Below are positions 11,361 through 19,820 of a stretch of DNA of 64,000 nucleotides, one piece after another. Source of the DNA: a bacterium (GTDB lineage: Bacteria > Auribacterota > UBA6266); contig JALOBK010000001.1 in assembly GCA_023228325.1 (NCBI GenBank), forward strand, positions 1,667,744 to 1,731,743. The letters run 5' to 3'. The position numbers and the translations under genes are program-made. Each line of letters opens with the position of its first letter. The first letter of the stretch is position 1. Under the pieces are notes generated by a model. The model did no database searches, had not been told where the DNA came from, and saw only the letters and a program-made list of their open reading frames with translations.

Positions 11361-12370
11361 TTATTGTTTTAAAACCCGGAATCACAAAAGAACAGAAAGA
11401 CCATATTATATCAAAAATAAAAGAGTTAAAACTTACTCCGATGGTTTCCGAGGGGGAGGAAAGGACTATTATCGGCGTAATCGGCGATGAGGATGTTATC
11501 AGAAACACTCCTCTCGAGGCTTTTTCGGGCGTTGAAAAAGTTATGCCGATTTTAAAGCCGTATAAACTGGTAAGCAAGGAATTCAAACCCGATAGGACCG
11601 TAATAAATGTTAACGGTGTTGAAATCGGGGGAAATCTGGAAGTGATAATGGCGGGGCCGTGCGCCATTGAAAATGAAAAGATGATAATCAATACGGCTGA
11701 GCATATAAAGAAAGCCGGCGCGCATATACTTAGAGGCGGAGCGTTCAAACCGAGAACGTCTCCTTACAGTTTTCAGGGACTCGGGGATAAAGGCCTGAAA
11801 TTTATGGCTAAAGCCGGAAAAATAGCCGGTTTGCCGATTGTTACGGAAGTTATGGACACACGCGATGTTCGGCTTGTGGAAGAATACAGTGATATCATAC
11901 AGATAGGCGCGCGTAATATGCAGAATTTTCACCTTTTAAAGGAGGTGGGCCTTTGCAAAAAACCCGTTCTTCTTAAAAGAGGTTTGAGTTCTACAATAAA
12001 GGAATTCCTGATGTCCGCGGAATATATTCTTGCCGGCGGGAATAAGGATGTCATGCTGTGTGAGCGCGGCATAAGGACATTTGAAGATATGACAAGGAAT
12101 ACGCTTGACTTGAGCGCCGTTCCGTTGATTAAGGAATTGAGCCATCTGCCGGTGATAGTTGACCCGAGTCACGCTACCGGAAAGAGAAGCCTTGTTCTTC
12201 CGATGAGTAAAGCCGCTATCGCGGCGGGAGCGGACGGGCTTATGATAGAAGTGCACCCCGACCCTGAAAGGGCTGTATCGGACGGGGCTCAGTCGCTTAA
12301 CTTTGCAGATTTCGGCAAATTGGTTGAAGACATAAAACCGTTTGTAAAAGCCGCAGGAAGAAAATTATAA
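11357..12370 (+). CDS. 3-deoxy-7-phosphoheptulonate (DAHP) synthase, type I-beta with N-terminal ferredoxin-like regulatory domain
   Basis: A core resembling the KDO8P/DAHP synthase I-beta family (AGPCAIENE, KPRTSPYSFQGLG, LVDPSHATGKR) plus an N-terminal domain of about 80 aa, as in Thermotoga-type DAHPS. Confidence 0.85.
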   Translation: MIIVLKPGITKEQKDHIISKIKELKLTPMVSEGEERTIIGVIGDEDVIRNTPLEAFSGVEKVMPILKPYKLVSKEFKPDRTVINVNGVEIGGNLEVIMAGPCAIENEKMIINTAEHIKKAGAHILRGGAFKPRTSPYSFQGLGDKGLKFMAKAGKIAGLPIVTEVMDTRDVRLVEEYSDIIQIGARNMQNFHLLKEVGLCKKPVLLKRGLSSTIKEFLMSAEYILAGGNKDVMLCERGIRTFEDMTRNTLDLSAVPLIKELSHLPVIVDPSHATGKRSLVLPMSKAAIAAGADGLMIEVHPDPERAVSDGAQSLNFADFGKLVEDIKPFVKAAGRKL

Positions 12371-12562
12371 TTAGGTGAATATAAAATAAACGTTGAAATT
12401 CGAAATATGAAACACGAATCTCGAAACAAAAAAATTAAAATTTCAATTTCAAAAATCTAAACATTAGTTTGAATATTGGGATTTTGGTTATTAGGATTTG
12501 TTTAGAATTTCGGATTTTTGATTTTTATATTTAAAGTGTTTATAAAGGGTGGTAATTATAAA

Positions 12563-13432
12563 ATGAAGCTCAAAAAAGTTGTTATCGTAGGCCCGGGCCT
12601 TATAGGCGGCTCAATCGGGAAAACTCTGCTGACAAATAAACTTTCCGAAAAAATCGTAGCGGTTGTAAGAAGAGAGAGCGCCGTGGATGAAGTTGTTAAA
12701 GCGGGCGCCGCCACCTCTGCCACACTGGATCTTGACCTGGCCCTAACAGGGGCGGAAGCTGTTGTTTTGTGCACTCCCGTGGGCGCGATAGCGGATAAAG
12801 CCGAATCCATAGCAAACCTTATTTCAAAAGAATGTCTTGTAACCGATGTGGGCAGCACGAAAAAAAGCATAGTCCTGAAACTCGAGAAGATTTTTGAGAA
12901 TAAAGCGCTTTTTATCGGATCTCATCCTATTGCGGGCACGGAAAAACGGGGTGTTTCTGCGGCTACTGACAGGCTTTTCCATAACGCGGTGTGTGTTCTT
13001 ACGCCGACCGATAAAACGCCTCACGCCGCTGTTGCCAGGGCTCATTCTTTTTGGAAGATGCTCGGAGCCAGGTGCATTGAAATGTCTCCTGAAAAACATG
13101 ATAAAATTTTAGCCAAAATAAGCCATCTTCCCCATCTCGCGGCATATGCGCTTGTCCGCGCTATAGCCGCAAATGCCGATATCGATATGGATGCAAAATT
13201 GGTCGGCGGCGGATTTTTAGACGCGACAAGAATAGCTTCATCACCTGCGGATTTATGGGTTGACATATTTATGGATAATAAAAAAGAAATCCTCTTTTCA
13301 GCGAAAGAATTTGTGAAAGAAATAAACAGGATTATCGATGCTTTGGAAAAAGAAGATAAGGGTACACTTCAGAAACTCTTGGAAGAGTCGAAAACAAAAC
13401 GGGATAAAATCGTCGAACATTTAAAGAAATGA
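12563..13432 (+). CDS. tyrA: prephenate dehydrogenase
   Basis: Rossmann motif VIVGPGLIGGSIG and a TyrA-type dimerisation domain. I take the start as ATG 12563, preceded by a GGTGG RBS, rather than the track start at 12518. Confidence 0.8.
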   Translation: MKLKKVVIVGPGLIGGSIGKTLLTNKLSEKIVAVVRRESAVDEVVKAGAATSATLDLDLALTGAEAVVLCTPVGAIADKAESIANLISKECLVTDVGSTKKSIVLKLEKIFENKALFIGSHPIAGTEKRGVSAATDRLFHNAVCVLTPTDKTPHAAVARAHSFWKMLGARCIEMSPEKHDKILAKISHLPHLAAYALVRAIAANADIDMDAKLVGGGFLDATRIASSPADLWVDIFMDNKKEILFSAKEFVKEINRIIDALEKEDKGTLQKLLEESKTKRDKIVEHLKK

Positions 13433-14730
13433 GCAATCTTCATATCACCCCTGTTTCTAAAGTCGCCGGTGAAGTGGACTTACCGGGTGATAAATCTATT
13501 TCCCACAGGGCTGTGATACTTGCCTCTATAGCGGAAGGGAATTCTGAGATCAGGGGTTTTCTGAGAAGTGACGATTGCCTGAATACTGTATCGGTTTTTC
13601 GTAATCTCGGGGTTGACATAGAAGATGACGGCAAGCTTATAAAAATAAAAGGCGCGGGGAAAAAAGGATTAAAAACCCCCGGCAAAGATTTATATTTCGG
13701 AAATTCCGGAACGGGAATAAGGCTTACGGCCGGAGCAGTTGCCGGATATCCTATAAATGCCGTGCTTACGGGCGATGAATCTCTTTCCGCAAGGCCGATG
13801 TCCAGGATAATTACGCCGCTTTCTATGATGGGGTGTAACGTATCCGGTGCGCCGGGAAAAAATAAAAATGATGTTACGGCGCCTCTCAAAATAAAGGGCG
13901 GAATGCTTGAAGGGATCTTCTATGATATGCCTGTTTCGAGCGCGCAGGTTAAATCCTGCATATTGATTGCCGGTTTGAACGCCGATGGCACAACCATAGT
14001 AAATTCGCTTTTGCCCTGCAGGGACCATACCGAAAAACTGCTTGAGTTTATGGGCGGCAAGATTCTTGTAACGGAGAAATCGGTGGCTGTTAATCCGGAA
14101 GCGAAACTGCATGGCGTAAGCATAATTGTGCCGGGTGATTTTTCGAGCGCGGCGTTTTTAATCGCGGCGGCTCTGGTAACAAAAAAATCCGAGCTGCTGA
14201 TAAAAAATGTCGGGTTAAACCCTACAAGAACCGGTTTTTTGAAAATCATCCAGAAAATGGGAGCGAAGGTAGAGATTAGTTATGATAATACAGGGTGTTA
14301 CAGCGAACAGGCCGGCGATATTTTTGTCAGGAGTTCTTCTCTGAGAGCGGTTGAGGTTTCGGGAAAAATAATCCCCAATAGCATCGATGAAATCCCTGTT
14401 ATTGCGCTTCTCGCGACATTTGCGGAAGGCACAACTGTAATCAGGAACGCCGGGGAATTAAGGCATAAAGAATCCGACAGGATCTCTAATATTGTAAGTA
14501 ATTTAAAATCCGCCGGAGCGGATATTCAAGAAACAGACGACGGAATGATTATAAACGGCCCTTCTGAATTCAAAGCGGGTGTTTTTGACAGCAAGGGAGA
14601 CCACCGGATAGCGATGGCTATGGCGATAGGCGCGTTAACAGCGGATAAGGACTCTTCGATTGAAGGGTCTGAGTTTATCAATACGTCATTCCCCGGTTTT
14701 GAAAAAATACTGAAGAAAATTGCCAGGTAA
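13429..14730 (+). CDS. aroA: 3-phosphoshikimate 1-carboxyvinyltransferase (EPSP synthase)
   Basis: LPGDKSISHRAVILASIAEG and NSGTGIRL motifs. It overlaps tyrA by 4 nt. Confidence 0.9.
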   Translation: MSNLHITPVSKVAGEVDLPGDKSISHRAVILASIAEGNSEIRGFLRSDDCLNTVSVFRNLGVDIEDDGKLIKIKGAGKKGLKTPGKDLYFGNSGTGIRLTAGAVAGYPINAVLTGDESLSARPMSRIITPLSMMGCNVSGAPGKNKNDVTAPLKIKGGMLEGIFYDMPVSSAQVKSCILIAGLNADGTTIVNSLLPCRDHTEKLLEFMGGKILVTEKSVAVNPEAKLHGVSIIVPGDFSSAAFLIAAALVTKKSELLIKNVGLNPTRTGFLKIIQKMGAKVEISYDNTGCYSEQAGDIFVRSSSLRAVEVSGKIIPNSIDEIPVIALLATFAEGTTVIRNAGELRHKESDRISNIVSNLKSAGADIQETDDGMIINGPSEFKAGVFDSKGDHRIAMAMAIGALTADKDSSIEGSEFINTSFPGFEKILKKIAR

Positions 14731-14873
14731 CTTCTTGTGTTTTGAATTTGTTTTATATTTTATGCTTTGAATTTTGTGTTTGTTTAGTATTTAGAATTTA
14801 GGACTTAGGATTTACTTCGTATTTCGAGTTTCGTGCTTAGAATTTTGAATTTTATCTATTGAGGGGATCATAA

Positions 14874-15557
14874 ATGCCCGACAGGAAGAACCCCATTATT
14901 GCCATAGACGGACCCGCAGGCTCGGGAAAAAGCACTATCTCAAAACTTTTAGCCGAGAAACTGAATTATTCTTATATAAATACCGGCGCAATGTACAGGG
15001 CAGTCGCGCTCAAGGTTATGTCTTCAGGCTTCCCGCTTGAAGACACTGCTTCGATAACTAAAACCGCGCGGGAAATAAAAATAGAGTTTAAAAACATCGA
15101 CGGCAAGACAAAAATCTTTATTGACGGAGCTGAATCTAACCGGCTTGTTTTCAAGCCGGGAGTGGATAAGGTAGCTTCAACAGTGTCAAAAATTCCGGAT
15201 GTCAGAAAGGCAATGGTCGCGCTGCAGCGTAAAATGGGCGAAAAAGGCGGTGTTGTGCTTGAAGGAAGGGATATCGGGACGGTGGTATTTCCGGATGCCG
15301 AATTTAAGTTTTATCTCGATGCCGGTATCGAAGAAAGGGCGAAGAGGCGATATAACCAGTTAAAAGAGAAGGGCGAGGAAAGGAATTTGGATACTCTTGC
15401 GCGGGAAATTGAAAAAAGAGACAATCAGGATTCGACCAGAAAGACCAGCCCGCTGAGAAAAGCCGAGGATGCCGTTTATGTTGATACAACCGGCATGACG
15501 ATAGGTCAGGTAATAGACAGGATATCATCGCATATAAGGGGAAAAACAGGGAAATGA
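14874..15557 (+). CDS. cmk: cytidylate kinase
   Basis: P-loop IAIDGPAGSGKST and a conserved Cmk core. It lies upstream of rpsA, the same aroA-cmk-rpsA order seen in E. coli. Confidence 0.9.
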   Translation: MPDRKNPIIAIDGPAGSGKSTISKLLAEKLNYSYINTGAMYRAVALKVMSSGFPLEDTASITKTAREIKIEFKNIDGKTKIFIDGAESNRLVFKPGVDKVASTVSKIPDVRKAMVALQRKMGEKGGVVLEGRDIGTVVFPDAEFKFYLDAGIEERAKRRYNQLKEKGEERNLDTLAREIEKRDNQDSTRKTSPLRKAEDAVYVDTTGMTIGQVIDRISSHIRGKTGK

Positions 15558-16165
15558 CGTATTTGATAAGCAGGTTTATTATAAAAGTTTTCGCTAAATT
15601 GTTCTGGTCTTTTAAAACATATAACATGGACCGGGTACCGGCAAAAGGAGCTGTTATTATCGCCGGCAACCATGCCAGTTATATGGACCCACCGCTTGTA
15701 GGCTGTTGCGTGAAAAGGAAACTGTGGTTTGTGGCGCGGAAGACTCTTTTCAGAAATAAGTTTATGGGAAGGTATCTTAAAATGATACAGGCGATGCCTA
15801 TTGATAACAAAGCGGCTGATGTCGGAGCACTGAAGATGATCTTAAAAAAATTGAAAGAGGGCGAAGGTGTTGTTATATTTCCGGAAGGGACACGGTCAAC
15901 GGATGGGGAACTGCAGGATCCGAAACTCGGCATCGGCGCCATCGTCCTTAAAACAGGTGTTCCTGTCGTCCCTGCCTACATCCGGAATTCCTATAATGCC
16001 TGGCCGCGCGACTCCAAGACGCCCAAATTCGGGGTGAAAGTCAAAGTCTATTACGGCAAGCTCCTGCAATTCAACAAGATAGCAAAACCTTCCAAAGAAG
16101 AAATCAAAGAAGCCTCCGAGCGCATTATGAGGGAGGTGGAGGCTTTGAAAGAGGGGGCTGTTTAA
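15554..16165 (+). CDS. plsC: 1-acyl-sn-glycerol-3-phosphate acyltransferase
   Basis: HxxxxD acyltransferase motif (AGNHASYMDP) and FPEGTRS. Confidence 0.85.
   Translation: MTYLISRFIIKVFAKLFWSFKTYNMDRVPAKGAVIIAGNHASYMDPPLVGCCVKRKLWFVARKTLFRNKFMGRYLKMIQAMPIDNKAADVGALKMILKKLKEGEGVVIFPEGTRSTDGELQDPKLGIGAIVLKTGVPVVPAYIRNSYNAWPRDSKTPKFGVKVKVYYGKLLQFNKIAKPSKEEIKEASERIMREVEALKEGAV
16052..16159. repeat. 108-bp perfect direct repeat, copy 1 (the 3' end of plsC); copy 2 is at 19153-19260
   Basis: An identical 108-nt string (TACGGCAAGCTCCTGCAATTCAACAAGATAGC...GAAAGAGGGGGCT) occurs at both positions. Similarity extends a further 5 nt upstream with one mismatch. Confidence 0.95.
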
Positions 16166-16205
16166 AAGCATCAGACTAATTAGATGATTTTTAAAGGAGG
16201 TTTTT

Positions 16206-16805
16206 ATGAAGTTCAGAACCACCGTGATTGTCTTAATCGTGATATTGATACTTTGTGTTTTGGGTTTAATTATCAACTATAACGGTTTTGTGAAATCGGA
16301 AAAGGAAGTTGAAGAAGCAAAAGCGCAGATAGAGGTTGCTTATCAAAGAAAAATAGACCTTATTCCTAATCTGGTCGAAGTTGTGAAGGGCTATGCAAAA
16401 CACGAGAGAGAAACGTTTGTCGCCGTTTCAGAAGCCCGAAGCAGCGCAAAAGAAGCATTGGACAGTGTCGCCGGTAAAAAAGATTTTACCAAGGAAGACC
16501 TAAAAATGCTGAATGATTCCCAGTCAAAGCTCAATGTCTCTTTAATGCCTTTGTTTGCTGTAGTCGAAAGATACCCTGATTTAAAATCACAGGCGAGTTT
16601 CCTGTCTTTGCAGGATCAGCTTGAGGGCACGGAAAACAGGATTGCGGTTGCCAGGAACAGATACAACCATGATGTTAAAATCTACAACATAAAGATATCT
16701 GCGTTTCCCGGAAACATTCTGGCTTGCCTGTTTGGTTTTAGCAAGAAAGACAGTTTTGAATCCTCTGCGGCGACGACCGGTGAAACCGTGAAGGTGGAAT
16801 TTTGA
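16206..16805 (+). CDS. lemA: LemA family protein
   Basis: An N-terminal TM helix followed by the LemA core (EVAYQRKIDLIPNLVEVVKGYAKHE...VVERYPDLK). It is typically paired with a TPM-domain protein. Confidence 0.8.
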   Translation: MKFRTTVIVLIVILILCVLGLIINYNGFVKSEKEVEEAKAQIEVAYQRKIDLIPNLVEVVKGYAKHERETFVAVSEARSSAKEALDSVAGKKDFTKEDLKMLNDSQSKLNVSLMPLFAVVERYPDLKSQASFLSLQDQLEGTENRIAVARNRYNHDVKIYNIKISAFPGNILACLFGFSKKDSFESSAATTGETVKVEF

Positions 16806-19117
16806 TAAAGGTAATAAGAAATTTATGCGCGGCGTTATGTGTTTTTATAATCCTGGGGTTTTTATCAGGCGGCTGCGGCCATAAAGATGAAAAATTTGAC
16901 CTTTCTAAAATAATAAAATCCCGCCCGAAAAAAAACTTTTCTGTTTATGATTACGCCAAAATACTCAGTTTTCCCGATGAGTATCTCATGAAACGAACTG
17001 GGAGTTTTAAAAAAGAATACAATATGGAAGTTGTGGTTGTGATAATACCTTCTTTGGACGGAAAAGATGTGGTAGAGGTATCTTCCGATCTGTTTTCAAA
17101 TTGGAACATTGGTAAAGACAACAATGGCAGAGGCATTTTGTTTCTTGTATCACAGGATGAGAATCTTGTTAAAGTTGAAGTAGGGTATGCGCTGGAAAAT
17201 ACGCTGACTGATTTTTTCTGCGGCTATATAGAACGCAATACAATGGCTCCTTTTTTCGAAAACAACCAGATAGACGAGGGATTCAGTTATTCCCTTTGGA
17301 GAATTGAAGATAGGATAGAGGGAAAATTGACTGACGGGAAAATAGAAAATCTCAAAAAAGCGGGTGATGAATATTTATCCGGCGGAGGAGGGGTGAAAGC
17401 AAAAAGTCCCATAGGAAAATTTCCTGTTTATCAGGAACTGCCGGATGTTGAAAAGGAATATTATTCCGCCCAGCCGACACCTGAACTTCTGTGGGAAAGG
17501 TACCTTGAGGCCATTAAAAATAATGTGACAGACCCTTCTTTGGGGATTTACGCTGAAAGCAAAAATGCCATGTTGAAACGTTATCAGGAATTCTCGACGG
17601 GATATAACTGGGATTGTTATCAGAAATATTCGTCTTGTCCATATGAAATAAAAGAGAAGGGCGATTATGCCGTTCTTATCAGCGACCCCAGAGTTTTCTT
17701 TATGAAGAAAAACGAAAAGGGGTGGCAGATAGATTTCGTGAACATGAGAAAATGGTCGCGGGGAACTGAAGGCTGGATTATATGCGGAAGCAAGCATCCG
17801 TACATATTTCCTTTTAAGGAGGAAAAATATGCGTCCAGACTCAAAGATGGGCGGTATTTTTACGAGTATTCCAATGTTTCGGGTGTCTCCGATAATTTTG
17901 AAGAGTATCTGACTAAATATGAACGTTTACTTGAGGAAGACCCGGATAATGTCGACTATATGATAAAATTGGCGGAAGGTTATATGGACCTTACTTTGCC
18001 ACACCTAGCGGTTCCTCTCTTTAAAAAAGCCATTCTGATTGAACCGGATAATCCTCTGCCCTATAAATATCTGGGGCTTATGTACAGAGATTTGCTGCAC
18101 TGTTACAAAGAGGCAGAGAAGTTCATTGACAAATATATAAAATTGCGTCCTTATGATCCCAAAGGGTATGAGTATGCGGGTAATTTATATATCAGGTTGG
18201 AAAGGACTAAAGAGAACTGTGAGAAAGCCGCAAAATACTGGCTTGGATATGCCGAATGTTCTGAAAACAATAAGAATTATGGCTACAACAATGCTGGATA
18301 TTTTTATTTTAAATGTCAAAATTATGATAAAGCTGAGGAATGTTTTTATAAGGCGTTGAAACTTAATCCCAGGGATAAATATCCGATAGAGTGGCTTAAG
18401 AAAATGCACTCTCCTATCCCTGCATTGCCTCAGGAAGAAAGTTCTCATACGGAAGTGGTTTTCGAGCAAAAACCTGTCAGCGGAGCCAAAGCATGGGCAT
18501 TAGCAGCTTCAGCTGTTTTGACGGAGGTGAATGGGCGTAGTCATGTTTTACTAGGCACCAGGAAAGCAACAGAAAAAAACATTGAAAAACAGCGAAAAGC
18601 TATAGATGAATGGTGGGACATAAAGACTAAAAAAGATTTGATAGGATCATTAAGATGGATTAAAGAAGGAGGTCACCGCAAAGGTTTTGAAAAAATGGGG
18701 GCATATATCTCGTCATTAAATTTTGCCCAGTATAACCAGCTTCTGGCACAAGAGGGAACTAACCCTGAGAGTAAGAATAAAATAAATATTGTTTCCAAAT
18801 ATTATAAGAAGCTTGGAGATAAGAGCCTGTTGGGGTGGGACTATTCCAGGTATATATCGCTTTGCAGATGGGGATACCTGACGGGGTTGTTATCTGAAGA
18901 AGAAACATGGCAGTTGATTATGCCTGTGGTCCGTATGCTTCAGAAAAGATTTGATTCGTGGAAAGACCTTGGGGAGAATTACCTGATTGGGAGGCAATAC
19001 TGGTCCTACAGCCAGACTCAAAAAAATGGGGATGAGTACGAAGAAGCATATCAAAAGCTGCTTAATGACCCCCGAAGCCCATGGAATACCCTGCCGTGGG
19101 ATATGAACCTGAATTAG
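16802..19117 (+). CDS. lipoprotein with N-terminal TPM (YgcG-like) domain, TPR repeats and a C-terminal DUF1266-like domain
   Basis: TTG start overlapping the lemA stop, and a lipobox LSGGC. The TPM fold spans about residues 40-200. TPR-like repeats follow (YEYAGNLYIRL, AGYFYFKCQNYDKAEECFYKALKLNPRD). The C-terminal GWDYSRYISLCRWGYLTGLLSEEETW resembles the DUF1266 (E. coli YbeR/YbeU) signature. Confidence 0.65.
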   Translation: MIKVIRNLCAALCVFIILGFLSGGCGHKDEKFDLSKIIKSRPKKNFSVYDYAKILSFPDEYLMKRTGSFKKEYNMEVVVVIIPSLDGKDVVEVSSDLFSNWNIGKDNNGRGILFLVSQDENLVKVEVGYALENTLTDFFCGYIERNTMAPFFENNQIDEGFSYSLWRIEDRIEGKLTDGKIENLKKAGDEYLSGGGGVKAKSPIGKFPVYQELPDVEKEYYSAQPTPELLWERYLEAIKNNVTDPSLGIYAESKNAMLKRYQEFSTGYNWDCYQKYSSCPYEIKEKGDYAVLISDPRVFFMKKNEKGWQIDFVNMRKWSRGTEGWIICGSKHPYIFPFKEEKYASRLKDGRYFYEYSNVSGVSDNFEEYLTKYERLLEEDPDNVDYMIKLAEGYMDLTLPHLAVPLFKKAILIEPDNPLPYKYLGLMYRDLLHCYKEAEKFIDKYIKLRPYDPKGYEYAGNLYIRLERTKENCEKAAKYWLGYAECSENNKNYGYNNAGYFYFKCQNYDKAEECFYKALKLNPRDKYPIEWLKKMHSPIPALPQEESSHTEVVFEQKPVSGAKAWALAASAVLTEVNGRSHVLLGTRKATEKNIEKQRKAIDEWWDIKTKKDLIGSLRWIKEGGHRKGFEKMGAYISSLNFAQYNQLLAQEGTNPESKNKINIVSKYYKKLGDKSLLGWDYSRYISLCRWGYLTGLLSEEETWQLIMPVVRMLQKRFDSWKDLGENYLIGRQYWSYSQTQKNGDEYEEAYQKLLNDPRSPWNTLPWDMNLN

Positions 19118-19148
19118 CGCAAGATAACAAAGATATTGTTGCATTTAT

Positions 19149-19266
19149 CTACTACGGCAAGCTCCTGCAATTCAACAAGATAGCAAAACCTTCCAAAGAA
19201 GAAATCAAAGAAGCCTCCGAGCGCATTATGAGGGAGGTGGAGGCTTTGAAAGAGGGGGCTTCCTGA
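19149..19266 (+). pseudogene. duplicated 3' fragment of plsC (encodes the last 36 aa, YYGKLLQFNKIAKPSKEEIKEASERIMREVEALKEGA)
   Basis: Copy 2 of the 108-bp direct repeat. The track ORF 19081..19266 reads through it in frame. There is no N-terminal acyltransferase domain. Confidence 0.85.
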
Positions 19267-19349
19267 AAGGCCTCTTTATTTGTTGCAAGGAATATGGATG
19301 TATGTTAGAATGATTTATCTGTTATAAATAATTCCATCCGGGGGTCTTG

Positions 19350-19670
19350 ATGGAGCCGTCTTTTGGCATTCGTTTATTGAACCTTTTTAAAGAAAGCGTA
19401 GAGCTGTCTTCAACCGAGATAGCCGCAGTCCTTGACATCAATCTTTCATCAGTTGAAAAGGGCCTGTTCGATTTTATGCAGAACGGATGGGTCCAGGCGA
19501 GAGTTTCCGGCGAGACATTATTTTATTCTCTGGTGAAAGAGCGCCTTCGGGAGATAAATTATTTTATTAATATGTACAGCCGCTCAAGGATGGAGAAAGA
19601 TATTTCCCGCCTGGAAAACATACTTAAAGCCAGATTCTCAACCGAGGAACCGGCCAACTTTTCAAGTTAG
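19350..19670 (+). CDS. small winged-helix DNA-binding protein (putative transcriptional regulator)
   Basis: LSSTEIAAVLDINLSSVEKGLFDFMQNGWV resembles a wHTH recognition-helix region. Confidence 0.4.
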   Translation: MEPSFGIRLLNLFKESVELSSTEIAAVLDINLSSVEKGLFDFMQNGWVQARVSGETLFYSLVKERLREINYFINMYSRSRMEKDISRLENILKARFSTEEPANFSS

Positions 19671-19820
19671 TTTCGCATTCGTTTATATAATTCTTTCCGA
19701 GATGTGGCGTTAGCGTTATTTCTCTTGACAATTCTTGCGGCTATTTAATATCATACACACTCACTTTTTATCTGATTCATTTTAGATAGAAAGAATATAT
19801 TAAAAGGAGGAAATAGCAAG

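Noticed and set aside
12371-12520. Possible CRISPR array in the AT-rich repeat regions
   Set aside because: The repeats are irregular in spacing and length, with no constant repeat/spacer periodicity and no cas genes. Interpreted as a dispersed intergenic repeat family.
19081-19266. 61-aa ORF called as an independent gene
   Set aside because: Its C-terminal 36 aa are an exact duplicate of the PlsC C-terminus arising from the 108-bp direct repeat. Annotated as a pseudogene fragment.
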